The notes beneath the pieces are model-generated. The model saw nothing but the letters and a program-made list of their open reading frames with translations, made no database searches and was not told the DNA's origin. From Gekko japonicus (Eukaryota): a DNA stretch of 64,000 nucleotides. The stretch covers positions 497,764 to 561,763 of the forward strand of contig NW_015164200.1 in assembly GCF_001447785.1 (NCBI RefSeq). Direction: 5' to 3'. Position 1 is the stretch's first letter, and each line of letters starts with the position of its first letter. The position numbers were made by a program, and so were the translations under genes. Positions 12,488-24,918 of the stretch are shown here, in pieces.

Positions 12488-12757
12488 GGAGGAGGAGGAG
12501 GAAGATTTATACCCCGCTCTTCACTCAGAGTCTCAGAGTGGCTTATGATCTCCTTCCCTTCCTCTCCCCACTACAGACACCCTGTGAGGTAGGTGGGGCT
12601 GAGAGAGCTCTTTCCAGAACTGTCCTTGAGAGAACAGCTCTGAGACAACTGTGGCTTGCCCAAGGACACCCAGCAGCTGCATGTGGAGGAGTGAGGAATC
12701 AAACCTGGCTCTCGCAGATTAGAGTCCGTGCTCCTAACTACTATACCCAACTGGCTC
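12488..12757 (-). mobile_element. Squam3-like tRNA SINE
   Basis: Homologous to 44746-45024. Confidence 0.88.
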
Positions 12758-12759
12758 CG

Positions 12760-12917
12760 TAGACTTTTCAGGGCAAGAGACAGAGATGAATTGCCATAAC
12801 TTTCCTCTGCATAGCAATTCTGCCCTACCTTAGTGGTTTCCCATCCAAGTATTAACCAGGGCCAACCCTGCTTAGCTTCTGCCATCTGACAAGGTCAGGC
12901 TTGCCTGAGCCATCCAG
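12760..12917 (-). mobile_element. 5S-derived SINE
   Basis: cccatccaagtattaaccagggccaaccctgcttagcttc is the reverse complement of the 5S head. Confidence 0.82.
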
Positions 12918-13289
12918 ATTACAGCAGAGATTTTGACTACTCTGTGTGTGTGTGTGTGTGTTGTAAGACCTGCTTGCTAGGTGTCTATATGTCTAGGTGT
13001 TTTTCTGTCTGTCCTTTTACCTACCTATCTAGCTAGGACAATTTTCTCCTGCCCTTCCTTCCAGGGAGTTTGGGGTGGCCTACACTGTTCTCTCTTCCCC
13101 ATTTTTTTCTCACATCTACCCTGTGAGGTAAGTTAGTTTGAGAGAGTGTGAGTGTTCCAGGATCTCCATGGCAAGCTGCTATGGCAGAGTAAAAACATCT
13201 CCCCCCACTTGTATCAATAGACTTCTGCCTTGAGCATCACTGCCTGACTCAGTTACGTCAACACTTTAACAAAGCCCAAATCAGAAGGG

Positions 13290-13800
13290 CGTCTTTAAAG
13301 AGCTACAAAATGAGCAAAGGGCCATTACTGAGCTTGTTTTATGGCACGGGGTCTCTCATTATAAAGCAAGAGTTTTCAATGATAATTGCCACTAGATTCC
13401 TAAGCCCAAAGATTCCGAGTATACTTGATGGAGGTCTTTGAAAATAGAAACACGCTTTGCGATATCGCTGCACACTCAAAGAGTGTTTCATCTTATCTGT
13501 TTGGAACTTCTCTGCCATGTCAAAAGGGAGCCACCTGGGAGCAGACAAAATAAAATTTGGCAACGTCTCCGTTACTATGAATTAAAGGTAATTCATTCTT
13601 TGAAATGAATCAGCGGGAGCCCCTTATGAAGAGCAATCAGGCGTCAAGAGGGTTTTTACTGCGAGCTTTTCATATTGGGTAATGTGACAACAATCAATAT
13701 TGCCGTTCAGAACATTCAAATCAAAATGTGGTTGTATAATCTAGAAGCTTACAAGGAACATTAAATGCTGGAATTTAGTCAGGGCTGGCATGTGAATTCC
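13290..13800. promoter_or_regulatory. Candidate conserved non-coding element
   Basis: Repeat-free, AT-rich block retaining many CpGs; SOX- and homeodomain-like motifs. Conservation not tested. Confidence 0.4.
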
Positions 13801-14307
13801 CTTTTCACCCACCCAAGCTTTTTGCTAATGCTTTTTGCAAATGTTTTACATTTGTGTGTGATGCAAAATGCATATAAAGTTATCTAAGCTTTCTCAATCA
13901 AATAATTTGATTAAAGAACACTTTTCAACTAAAATTCTTCTGTGCATGATGACCCCATTATGAACACTGAACTGGATCCTGTGGATCTGTGTCACTATTA
14001 GTGGTATTTTCCCCTAGTGAAGTAAGTTTTCCCCTGTTTCAAGAGACTCTTGCAACAGAGGAAGGCTCTTTGCACTGGGGGGAAAGAATGGGTCCACAGG
14101 ATCCAACCCAATGTCTGAGAAGCATTAATGGACATCGCTCGGCTTCTCTGCACTTGATGACTGGTAGTTGAATGGGTGAATGCCACAGAATAGCATTGTA
14201 TTATGAATGTTCTGTCTGTGGTGGAATATTAATGGCGCAAGAGGTGCATGAAGAGTTGCTAATGGTGACTTGTTTTCTGTAACTGAAAGACAGCACTGGA
14301 GGCTGTG

Positions 14308-14554
14308 AGAAGAAAAAGAAGAGACTGTCGACTGAACAACAACTTCACTACCTGAAGGGGTCTCAGAGTGGCTTTACAATCTCCTTTGAGGCTGAGGGAG
14401 CTCTTTTAATAACTGCTCTTGAGAGAACAGTTCTGAAAGAACTTGTGACTGACCCAAGGTCAACCAGCAGCTGCATGTGGAGGAGTGGGGAATCAAAACC
14501 TGGTTCTCCCAGATTAGAGTCTGTGCTCCTAACCACTGTACCAAACTGGCTCTC
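14308..14554 (-). mobile_element. Squam3-like tRNA SINE (internally deleted)
   Basis: Homologous to 44746-45024. Confidence 0.85.
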
Positions 14555-15888
14555 AGCAGAAGAGAAGCATCCAGGATCTATTCCTTTGTCTTCTGATCAG
14601 AATTGCCCTCTCCAAACTGCTTTCCCACCCCATGGGAAAAAAATATGGGTTCCATCATCTTTATTTTCTCCTCCAGGGAAAAAAGTAGTGGGGAGGGATT
14701 TTAGTGTAGAAACAGTGGGAAGGGAAAAAGAAGAACCTGCCCCTCTCCCTGCCAATTCTCTGTTGAAATGGCAGCACCCGGCTGCTTTCAAGTTAAAACT
14801 TCTGCAAAACACTCACAAATCTAGTTTGACACTGTGATGGACTATTCACAAGTGCAGTTAGCACTTTAGCATTGCAGTCACCAAGGGATGAACATGGATT
14901 AACCATGCTCAGTGGCTTGTAAGACATTTTGTATTCTTACATGCCTTCTACCAGGTCTCTGTTCATTCCCTGGCTGGGTAGTGGAAAATCCAGGCTTGAT
15001 GTGGTCTAACGTATTTGCGTCAAAAGATGAGCCTTAATGATACCTGTACAAAATCGCTGTATTGCATATGATTTTGCAGTACAATATATGGCCGTCTCCA
15101 AAGACAGAGGATTATTTGCTGGAGCCATGAGATTTGAATACAGAGTGCACCAATGGTGCTGCTGTTCTCATGATGCATGAGCAACCACAAAAGCTGGAAG
15201 CAGCATGAGAGCTCTCTGTTTGCATCCCCCATCCTTCCCTTTGAAGTTGTTTTTTCTGATGACCCTTCAAAATTCTAGAGCCTTGACTGCTTGGATGTGG
15301 GCATCCAAAATACCTTTCCACACCCAGTCAGTTCAAATGTGGCTCCACATATTTCCTCCATAGGCGTTCTTCTTCATCAAGAATAGGACTTGCACATCCC
15401 AGTGCACACCATGCCCCTCTTCTGCCTGTTGGTCAACCAGCTGTAAAAAGAGGAAAGAGCAAGTGTTCCCTCTCTTTTCTGTTGACTTATATTTCTGCCT
15501 ACAATTCCAATTCTTTGCTTTCCAGTTTTGTAGATTTCTTTGGATTGTGTATGCCTGTTTATATTTTTAATGCACAATCTACAAAGTGCTGGTAGGTACC
15601 ATGGTATGTCTCATATACACACACACACATATAGCCTAATGCTGATTTATTGATACACAAATGTCTTGAAAATTGCATACAAATGACAGAAGATATTTGG
15701 TACAAGGAAACTGAAAACAATGCAGGAAAATAATCCCAAGTTTGACTCACACAAGGGAGAAAAGAAATTGAAATAGTGATTTGAGGTGTCAAAACACGAA
15801 CAAGAAACTTGAAATTGTCCCTTTGTTTACAAAGTAAAAGGAGGATGTGGCATGTATGTGGTTGAAAAAGGAGCACATTGATTTATAA

Positions 15889-16412
15889 AGGGGGCGGTCA
15901 CATGAGCGAGATAAAGAGGGGGGAAGCGAGGCTATTTCCTCCGGAGGAATTTGACCTGCAGTTGCACGATCACACAGTCCTGCCACTGCGTAATCAGACA
16001 CAACCGCGGGTGAGTTTTTTGGGGGGGTTGGCCATTTGTTTCCAACGAGCTTCAAGGAGGGATCGATGAATCGCATCGCTGCGCTGAGGGCTCCCCATGG
16101 AGTTTGTGATGATGTGCATACTGAGAAGGGGGGGAAACAATGGCACGGAGTCGGGATGGCCTGATCAGACCATCCCGATGCCATGAGAGTGCGCTGGAGT
16201 GATCAGACACTGGAAACTCCGTCCATGGCCCGTCGCAACCCATTTACTACCGGATTTTTCCCGGTATCTTTTTACTCCACTTCTGCGGCAGAACAAAACG
16301 GGTTGCCAATGGGTGCAGGGTGCTTCCCAGATGTTTGTGTCTGATCATGCCCTTTAAATCCATCCGGCATTCGCGCCTATTGCAGGGCTAATTGTGCGTG
16401 TGATCACACCCT
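15889..16412. mobile_element. Harbinger-like MITE (related to 47285-47513)
   Basis: Imperfect TIR agggggcggtcaca/tgtgatcacaccct; core gctatttcctccggaggaatttgacctgcagttg recurs inverted at about 47430-47470. Confidence 0.65.
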
Positions 16413-16424
16413 TACTTCACTTTT

Positions 16425-16600
16425 ACCATCCCCCTTTCTTCCCAGTGTGGACTAAAGCAGTCTCCTCCTCCATTGTATCCTCACAACAACCCTGTGAGGT
16501 GGGTTAGGCTGCATTTGAGTGATTGGCCTGAGGTAACCTAGTAGAGTGGGGATTTGAACCGTGGTCTCCCAGATCCTTGTCTGATACTCTAACCACGACA
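16425..16600 (-). mobile_element. MIR-like/Squam3-type SINE
   Basis: cctcacaacaaccctgtgaggtgggttaggctg...ggggatttgaacc core. Confidence 0.75.
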
Positions 16601-17244
16601 CACATTCAGTAGGTGCAAAAGGAATACACATACCCAATTAAGTAAGAGATTACTGTGAAAGGGAGAGAATACTTTTGCCTAAGCAGCTGTTTTAGAATAT
16701 GAGGAACAAGTGACCTCCAGTGTCTTCATTCTTCGCTGGCTTCATTTGTCCTCATTGACATCATCACCAGCCAAATATAGCCCTGTATTGATGACATGGT
16801 CCCTGATTGCCTATGATCACATAGCAAAGGGGAGAAAATGGAGCCGAAGCAATGGAAGATAGGACTCAGAAACAGTTCAGTGTGCAGAATCTCAGGATCT
16901 TCTTCGTGGTCTCTGTGCTTCACACCCTGGGATATAGTGCGCCTGCGCCGACCCCAATCGGTACTGTAGAAAGCTAAAGAGATTTTCACACCCGCTCCCC
17001 TGTCACGTGCCGGGCTCAGTGCGCATGACTTAGGGGAGGGGCATGACTATCCTGCCAGTTCTCTTCTAACCGCCGCACCGGTAGGACCTTCTACGCCTCG
17101 GTTGGTAATAAGGACTTTGGCTTCGGCCTCCTCTCCCTTTCTAAGATTTGTAGTTAGCTAGTTTTTAGTTGTAGTTTAGTTAGGAATTTCTTTCTTCACT
17201 GTCTGCTTTGGCAGACGCCCCCCCCTTTCCCCCCCCCCCACCCC

Positions 17245-19314
17245 ATGGCCAAACAGGGGGGGTTCTTTTGGCGGCGATGGAAGTGTGGCAGTAAAATTCC
17301 CCCCCCCCCAGACGGATGCTCCCTTGTTTTATTGTGTCTGGGGGAATCGCACCGAGTTGACTCCTGCGCCCACTGTGCCAAATTCTCCCGGAAAACAAGG
17401 AAGAATTGGGCCGCTAGACTTCATGTGGCGCTACTTGAACAGGCTGTTTCACCTATGGCGTCATCACAGGAGACATCGGGACATGCCTCTATGTCGACCC
17501 CAGTGTCAGGGTCGATGTCTGAATGGTCTCCGACGCCGAGTCCACCCGATACCGATCGCTCTGTGCTGATCCCGGCTTCGCAGTCCGCAGCCCATACACC
17601 TGCGAAGAAAAGCCAGGTGGGCAAGGACAATCGGCCTGTCAAGCACAAGAAGCATAAGAAGGGCTCTTCTGCCAAGACTCAGACACCCCAACGCCAGACA
17701 GCGGGGGTGAATACAGATGCAGCCACTTCGCTTGACTCCTCAAGCCGTGGGCAGGTACAGGGTGCACCTTCTTCACCCTCCTTATGCCCCATCCAGCTCA
17801 GGGACTCTGAGCATGATATGGACCTGACACAAATCTCCCAGTTTCTGAGTTTTCAGAGTCTGCACTTGGACCAGGGAGTGGATAGGGCTCACCCGCTCCA
17901 GCAGGACTCTAATGATCAGGATCGATCACCCAGACAGTTCCAACCGCCCTCCTGGGACCAATGCCAGTGGCAATACTTGTATGAGGCATACCTGTTCCCT
18001 GGTGGCATGCCCTGGCTTCCTCCATGACCACCCATAGAATGGGACCGACAGTCTACATTCAGGCTGTCTCGGTATCGAGAAGTTCCTCCAATACCGGAGT
18101 TCGCGAAACCACAACTTTCAGTACCGATGAACAAGCAACGTAAAACTGCACTGTCAATACCGGCGCATTCCACGTACCAGTCGGAACTGATACAATCGAC
18201 ACTGATTCGCCTGGCACCATTCTCTGACCCTTCAGAGCATTCTGGCTCCTCTCAGGGTTCCCATTCTGGTGATAAGGATGTTCCCGTTCAACTTGAACAG
18301 TCCCCTCCCCAACAGGTGGAGGACGATCTTCCTGTCTCTCCATCGGAGGATGTTAAGTCTTATGGGGACTTTGTCAAAAGAATGGCCAACACACTGGCAC
18401 TTCCGACTATCCAATCTTTACCCATCATTACCGACTCTGTCTTCGACATCGTCCAGATGGACACATTGACTGTGACCGCCCTACCTATGATGTCTGTCCT
18501 TTTGCAAATGGCTAAAGCCCCCTGGGCACACCCCACCTCTGTTCCCATCTCCAACAGAAGGATGGACCACATGTATAAAGTGCAGGAAACTGGAGCTGAA
18601 TTTTTGTTCATTCATCCTAAACCTAATTCAGTGATCGTCACCTCCTCGTCAAAGGGGAAACGCAGCCACTCCACCCCATCTGACAAAGAAGGCAGGAAGC
18701 TGGACTCTTTTGGCAGGAAATTTTATTCTGCTGGAGCACTGAGCACCAAAGCATCTAATTACATGGCCTGCATGGGTAGGTACCAGTATGCTCTTTGGGA
18801 ACAAATGTTGGAATTCCTTGCAACCCTCCCTGAGGACTACAACTGCCAAGCTCAACGCATACAAAAGGAAGGTATGCTAGTGGCGAAGAACCAGCTTAAT
18901 GCAGCCAAGCATAGTTTAGATGTGGCATCTAAGACCCTCACTTCGGCTGTTGCTTTATGATACCATGCCTGGCTATGTGCCACAGCCTTGCAGCAGGACA
19001 CTAAATCAATAGTTGAAGAACTTCCCTTTGAGGGTGATGGCTTCTTCAGCTCTATGACTGATTCCGTCGTCCAGGACCTTGACAAAAGTCTTAAAACATC
19101 TCGCAATCTGGGAGTCACGACGACCTCTAAACAGTCTAGAGGAAAGTCCTGGAATAAATTGTGGTCTCACAAGCCTTCATTTAAATCCTCTCCCGAACTA
19201 CAGTGGCAGAGGTCTCCTGGCAGTTCTTCCCGTCCCTATGGGAACAAGACCAAATTTGCAGCATTATCACAACCTAGGGCCAAGCCCCAGAAAAACTCTA
19301 AACAGAGCCTTTGA
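17245..19314 (+). pseudogene. DIRS gag/ORF1 (N-terminal Cys/His finger, LAP2alpha-like C-terminal domain); 690 codons with two in-frame stops
   Basis: ORFs 17245-18027, 18127-18960 and 18988-19314 share one frame. Motifs KCGSKIP..DG..LCLGESH..CAHC, DKEGRKLDSFGRK, AL*YHAWL, LPFEG. Confidence 0.85.
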
Positions 19315-19416
19315 CTCTGATCCATTACCCTGTCTTCCTACCCACCTTTCCCCTTACCTGTACGCTTGGCAGCGGATAACATCGGATCGGTGGGTCCTCT
19401 CAGTGATTCAAGAGGG

Positions 19417-20017
19417 TGTAGAGGTATTTCCCACCCAAATCAGTCCAGGAATGGGAGGGAACCCTGTACTTTTACAGTACATTAAACAACAACCCAAGAG
19501 GTAGTCTATACCCTCTCTGGTTTTCAGAACCATATGCCACCAGAACCTCTACATTAGTTTCCCCCAACCTGAGATTAGAGGTTCAACTCTCAGTTGGTAT
19601 CTGGAACTTAACACATTAGCAACTCATTCCCAGAGATGCACACTTTTTACTCTCCAATAGTAGCGTATATGGTGAGCGTTTAGGCCACAAGATTTAGCCT
19701 TGGAATTCAGGTACAACATCAAAGACTATTTTAACAATCAGAGGAATCTTTATTTAGTACAGAGCTTAGCACAGACTACCAGAGTTTACCAAAATAACAA
19801 GCCTAAGGCGATTTGCCTTAACTACACAGTAAAAGATACATATTTACCAAGTTCAGGAATATCCAAACAGTCCAAGGGATTTTGAAGGAAAAATCCATCT
19901 TTGCTCAACCATGTNNNNNNNNNNNNNNNNNNNNNNNNNNNNNNNNNNNNNNNNNNNNNNNNNNNNNNNNNNNNNNNNNNNNNNCATGAGACTTGTAGAA
20001 ATCAATATTTCTATACA
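19417..20017 (-). mobile_element. LTR (solo or collapsed LTR element) inserted in DIRS pol; spans an N gap
   Basis: TGTA...TACA ends and 5-bp TSD GAGGG (19412-19416, 20018-20022). Removing it restores SVIQEG-YLIEF. AATAAA on the minus strand near 19750. Confidence 0.85.
19915..19984. other. Assembly gap
   Basis: Run of N. Confidence 1.
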
Positions 20018-20800
20018 GAGGGATACCTTATAGAGTTTGTGCAAGTTCCCAACAGCTCACACTTCATACTCACTCCATCGTCACCTCCACTCCTGGACGA
20101 GATAAAAAACCTCCTTTACATGGATGCTATAGAACTGGTTCCAGTGCTGCAACAGCACCTAGGTTTTTATTCTCGTTACTTTACCATTCCGAAGAAGGTC
20201 GGAGGCCTCCACCCTATCATGGATCTCAGAAACCTGAACCAATGCATTGTTTACAAAAAAATTTGCATGACAACTCTACAATCTATCCTTCCCCTTTTGG
20301 AGAGGGGAGTCTGAATGGTAACCCTGGACTAGCATAATGCTTATTTCCATGTGTCTATCCATCCGTCCCACAGGATGTTCCTCCGTTTTGTGGTCGGCAA
20401 CAACCACTTCCAGTACAAAGCCCTCCCCTTCGGGCTCTCCACTGCACCCCACGTTTTCACCAAGGTAATGGTGGTCATTATGGCTCACCTTCGACTGCAG
20501 GGCATACACATTTTCTCGTACATCGACGATTGGCTGCTGATTGCGGAGACTGAGCCAACCTTGCTCAAACACATTGCCTTGACCCTCAACACCCTAACAA
20601 CCTGGGGTTGCAGATAAATCTAAAGAAGTCGCTGCTCACCCCCTCCACTCAGGTGCAATTCATTGGCACAATCCTAGACTTGGCACTCTTCAGGGCTTTC
20701 CTTCCCTCCAAAAGGGCAAAGGACATCATCACCCTCATTGGCCTCCTCAGAAAACAACAGATGGCTTCAGCGAAGCAGATACAATGCTTGCTTGCTTGGT
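20018..20800 (+). pseudogene. DIRS reverse transcriptase (disrupted)
   Basis: GFYSRYFTIPKK..HPIMDLRNLN, QYKALPFGLSTAPHVFTK, YIDDWLL; stops and a frameshift. Confidence 0.93.
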
Positions 20801-20878
20801 GACATCTGCAATGCAGCGACCTGGGCTACTCCTCACACATTTGTGAAGCACTACACTCTGGACGTTCGTCTTCATTAG
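20801..20878 (+). pseudogene. DIRS tyrosine recombinase C-terminal remnant
   Basis: Translates DICNAATWATPHTFVKHYTLDV, the ICxAATWxxxHTFxxHY catalytic-Tyr motif. Confidence 0.85.
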
Positions 20879-20969
20879 CATATGATGGTGGGACAGCTGT
20901 GTTGCAAGTGGTGCATGTCTAGGACCTTCAGCACCCTCCTCCAGGTAGGTGGTTATTGCTCTCTAGTCT

Positions 20970-21051
20970 CCCAGGGTGTGAAGCACAGAGACCACGATGA
21001 AAATAAACCTGTAACTGATGATCTTTGAGTGGTCATCTGTGCATTCACACC
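20970..21051. repeat. DIRS internal complementary region (ICR)
   Basis: cccagggtgtgaagcacagagaccacga is complementary to the left terminus; acctgtaactgatgatctttgagtggtcatctgtgcattcacacc is complementary to the right terminus. Confidence 0.92.
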
Positions 21052-22460
21052 ACCCGCCCTTCTTCCCCTATGCTTTTGGTCCTTTCCTTTTACTTTGTGA
21101 CTGAGGGCAGCAGTGAGAAGGAACTGGTGGGATAGTCATGCCCCTCCCCTAAGTCATACGCACTGAGCCCGGCACGTGACGGGGAAGCGGGCGTGAAAAT
21201 CCCTTTAGCTTTCTACAATACTGATTGGGGTCGACGCAGGCGCACTATATCCCAGGGTGTGAATGCACAGATGACCACTCGAAGATCATCAGTTACAGGT
21301 AAGCAACCTGTTTTTCAGAGCTCTGTGGCCTGACTTACAAGTTAGTAATGAAGTGGCAGAATTAGAATGGACTGTTCCACTCCAGGCTGCAGGTGTGGGG
21401 TTATTTTTTTCAGGTTCCTGTTGATTAATAATTTCCTGTAAATGGGAAGTTAGCACAGCATTCAGTATGGTAGGATAGAGCCGTTCTCTGGGTTGTGCTG
21501 ATTTTTAATTTTCAGGAGTTTTTACATGAGGATGCAGTAAGCATGTGACACTCCTCCTGTACCATCTCAAGTGGTACAGCCCATTCTATCACCTCATTTT
21601 GCTACATGTGTAGACCAGACTTCAAGGGGGTGGTGTTAGGAAAAACATTTCTCTGCCTGGGACTTTGGAGAACTGTGGCCAATCAAAGTCAATGATACTG
21701 AACTCTCTCTCAATCTCATACTGCTTATTAATTTACTAATTTTAATCAGACCACTAAAATATAAGGAACTAGACCTCCTTTGAACAGCTACAAAAATCTA
21801 GCACAAATGCATAAAATTTCCCAACTGAGTGGTACAGTGATACTGAACTGGACAGACCAATGGTCTGACTTGGTGTTAGGTAACTTCATATGGACTGTAA
21901 ACAAGTTTGAAAAAGATGAGCATTCAGAAACGCAGCGAGAACTGCAAGGAACATCTCATCTCGTTGGCAAGCATACCTTTGGCAAAGAAAACGTTCATAG
22001 GCAAACATTCAGTGCAGCCATCACAATAAACAATTTTGATTATATTTAATACAGTCAAATAATTAAGATTGGTGTATCCCTGCAGATGAGGCCATTCTTC
22101 AAAATAATTTGCAAATGAGTCTTTTAATTTGTTTTCATTATTCAAATGGCTCACATGCATTCTAACCTCTCTGTCACAATAAAATATCTGCTAGCCCAGC
22201 CTGACAAATGGGCTGTTTGAGACATATTTATAAATTACTTTAAAAGATTCTTTGACAAGAAGAATTTAATTTTGTTATATTTTAATAATCAAGTGCTGAA
22301 TAATTTACATGAGTATCTCAGGCCTAATTGGTGCTTTAAAGGGGCAAGAACAGATAGCCCTGCTGGGAAAACAGAGATATAGAAACTGAGCCTACAGGTG
22401 TAGACTGGCAAAAACAAAATCCATAAACTTCTCCGGTCATTGGCTAGCCAGTGTGAATGC

Positions 22461-22840
22461 TAGGGTGGCCAGGCTGCTGGTGGAGGCAGAGCAAGGGGCA
22501 GACATGATGTTGCATGCCACATCGACATCACTTCTGGGTAAAAGCCCACATGTGACGTTGGTGCATCAACCAACTCTCTGAGCATTGATGGTGCCCTGAG
22601 CAGAGGCATGATGTGCTAGGCTTCCCAGGCAAGTGAAATAGGAAGCCAAGGAGTGCATCTTGACCAGCTCCAGTGCATGACACTTTTGCTTCCCTGTGCT
22701 TTTGACAAGATGTAATACTTGACCTTGCCCAGAATCATGGCATCTGCTAGAAGAACTTCACCTAGCATCAGCTGTACTCCTTCCAGCAGGTATTCCTTAC
22801 TGCCCCTTCATACAGGGAAGTCTGATCAGCAGCAACCCAT
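22461..22840. mobile_element. Degenerate TAGGGTTGCCA-family hAT-like MITE
   Basis: tagggtggccagg start, gacatcacttctggg core, cagcaaccc end. Confidence 0.5.
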
Positions 22841-22919
22841 TCCTGGGCTTTTTCACTGAGCTCCAATTCTCGAGAATAGGCTGCCATTTGGAGTAAAAGT
22901 ACCATGTCTGTTTTTAGGA

Positions 22920-23125
22920 AGGGCTGTTACAGTATCGAACCAGGATCTGGGAAACATGGGTTCAAATCCCCACTCTCTCATGGAAGCTTGATGACCTTGG
23001 GCTAGTCACACACTCACAGCCTAACCTGCCACACTGGGTTGTTCTGAGGATGAAATGGAGGAGAGGAGAACGATATAAACCTCATTGGATCCCATTTGGG
23101 GAGAAAAATGGGGTAATAAATGTAA
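22920..23125 (+). mobile_element. MIR-like/Squam3-type SINE
   Basis: gggttcaaatccccactc...gaccttgggctagtcac...ctcacagcctaacct core. Confidence 0.75.
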
Positions 23126-24918
23126 TAGCTTTTGAGGGAATTTGGTAAAGTTTGAATCTGTTGCTTTGACATGTTGTTTTGTCTATTGTTCTGTTGCATG
23201 TTGAGATTTTTGTTATTTTAGTTTTGATTATATACCGTGTACCCTATTGGATTGAATCTATTTTGGGAGAGGTAGTTGATAAAGATTTCAACAAATATAT
23301 AAATATTCAAAACCCTGAGATAGTAAGGGACCTCTAAGGCCCGTAGGCTATCTGTGAAGGCTTTTTTTTCTCAGCCTACAAACCAGGAACTGGAAGGCAT
23401 CACCTTTACAAGTCATTGAGGAAAGATAACAATTACTTCATTGTCTTTCTATTATTAAGCAAATGGCATGAAAAGCCAAGATATCCACTGGACTACCAAG
23501 TTGTGCTGCAGGTGCTGAAGGTCTTCATTTTGGTACACCTGAGCTCTCTTTGTAAGCTGATGCCACGGTCTGTCTGACTTTTGCAGTATTTTCAAAAGGC
23601 TACTCCACCAACATTCTGTTTAAGAGAAATGACTCTCCAAGGAGGGAGAGAGGCGGAGAGAAAATATGAACCAGGGTTTCCTACATTTGATTTAGCGTTG
23701 ATTTTAATAGTACCAGACCAAATTTAAGGTTTATATATATCATATAGTTTAGAATCTTGGCAGCTCCCCCGTGGATTCTTTGAAGGTTATTTTGTGTGTG
23801 AGTGCATGTGTCTTTATTCTAATACTGAAGAGCAACCAAAACTGGCGACCTGTCTTGACCTTTAGTACTAGATTAAAATTCCAAGTGGCTACCATGGCAA
23901 CAGTGCCTCGAAAATTAGATCCTGACAGAAATACCGAAAAGAAACTTAAAACTACAACTGCTGCTCTGAACTCTGAAAAAAGGTTGCTTACGATTGTCAA
24001 AGACAGGTCCTTAATTGAAATAATCTGCTTTTCCCTTTTTACTTAAAAAAAAAAAAGAGAGAGAGAGAGCAAGAAATGGAGGAACAAAAGATTGTATCTT
24101 GGAAAGGTTTATTTTAAAGTGAAAAAAGCTGCTGTGATTCAAGTGAAAGAGCTCTCTGCAGCATGAAATTCAAATCATCCTCTGTCCAGTTTATGGGATT
24201 CAAAGAGAATGAGATGAGGTGGCAGTGAGCCAAGCTGAGGCAGTAAAGATGGATTCCAGCTTAACATTTGTAACAGTCTGAGTTGTTGGTCTTCAGAGGA
24301 TGGATCACGGCCCAGAACTGGGTTGCCTCCAGATCAGGGGTTTTCCTAGCCAATGGGCAAGAGGAGCTGCTGCCCCAGGCTCCACGCTGGGAGGAGCCCC
24401 GTGGTTCTGCCCTCCCTCCAAAGCTGCCCCTCATGCCTGCTCCATGTGGGCCTTGGGCAGCAGGCTTCTGGCAGCAGCAGTGAGGGCCACCCCTTCCCTG
24501 CCGCCACTGGGGGGCAGTGGTAGGATGACGGCGATTCAGGGACTCCATCCTGGACCTTTTCCAGGGCCTCAGAATCACTAAGACTACCACTGCTCCAAAT
24601 CTTAAGTGGGCCACCCTATCCAGTGTCACAAACCGTATCTGGGTGGGGAGAGAGAGGAGGAGGAGGAAAGGAGGGCAGATCTCAATAGATCCAACAGGGA
24701 GATGAGCAAGATCCAATGAAACCAGTCATGGAACCAAAAAGGGGTTTAAACTTGTTTTTTTATGAAATAGCAGCCTCCGTCCCCCATCCTGCATAGAAGC
24801 TACTTTGAAAACTACATCAGGAAGGTGTTCAGAAGTGAGTTTGTAATATGGCATGGCTGATACTAGCCCTAAGAGCACAATGAGATCTGTGACATCTGTG
24901 ACTCAGTCTCTCAACATA

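Larger units (their letters stand above)
16900..21315 (+). mobile_element. DIRS1-type tyrosine-recombinase retrotransposon, decayed and internally deleted
   Basis: Inverted terminal repeats at 16900-17076 and 21107-21315; internal complementary region at 20970-21051; gag, RT (YIDD) and YR C-terminal remnant in the expected order. Confidence 0.95.

Noticed and set aside
16900-21315. Active or domesticated DIRS gene
   Set aside because: Stops in gag and RT, a frameshift, an LTR insertion and a large internal deletion.
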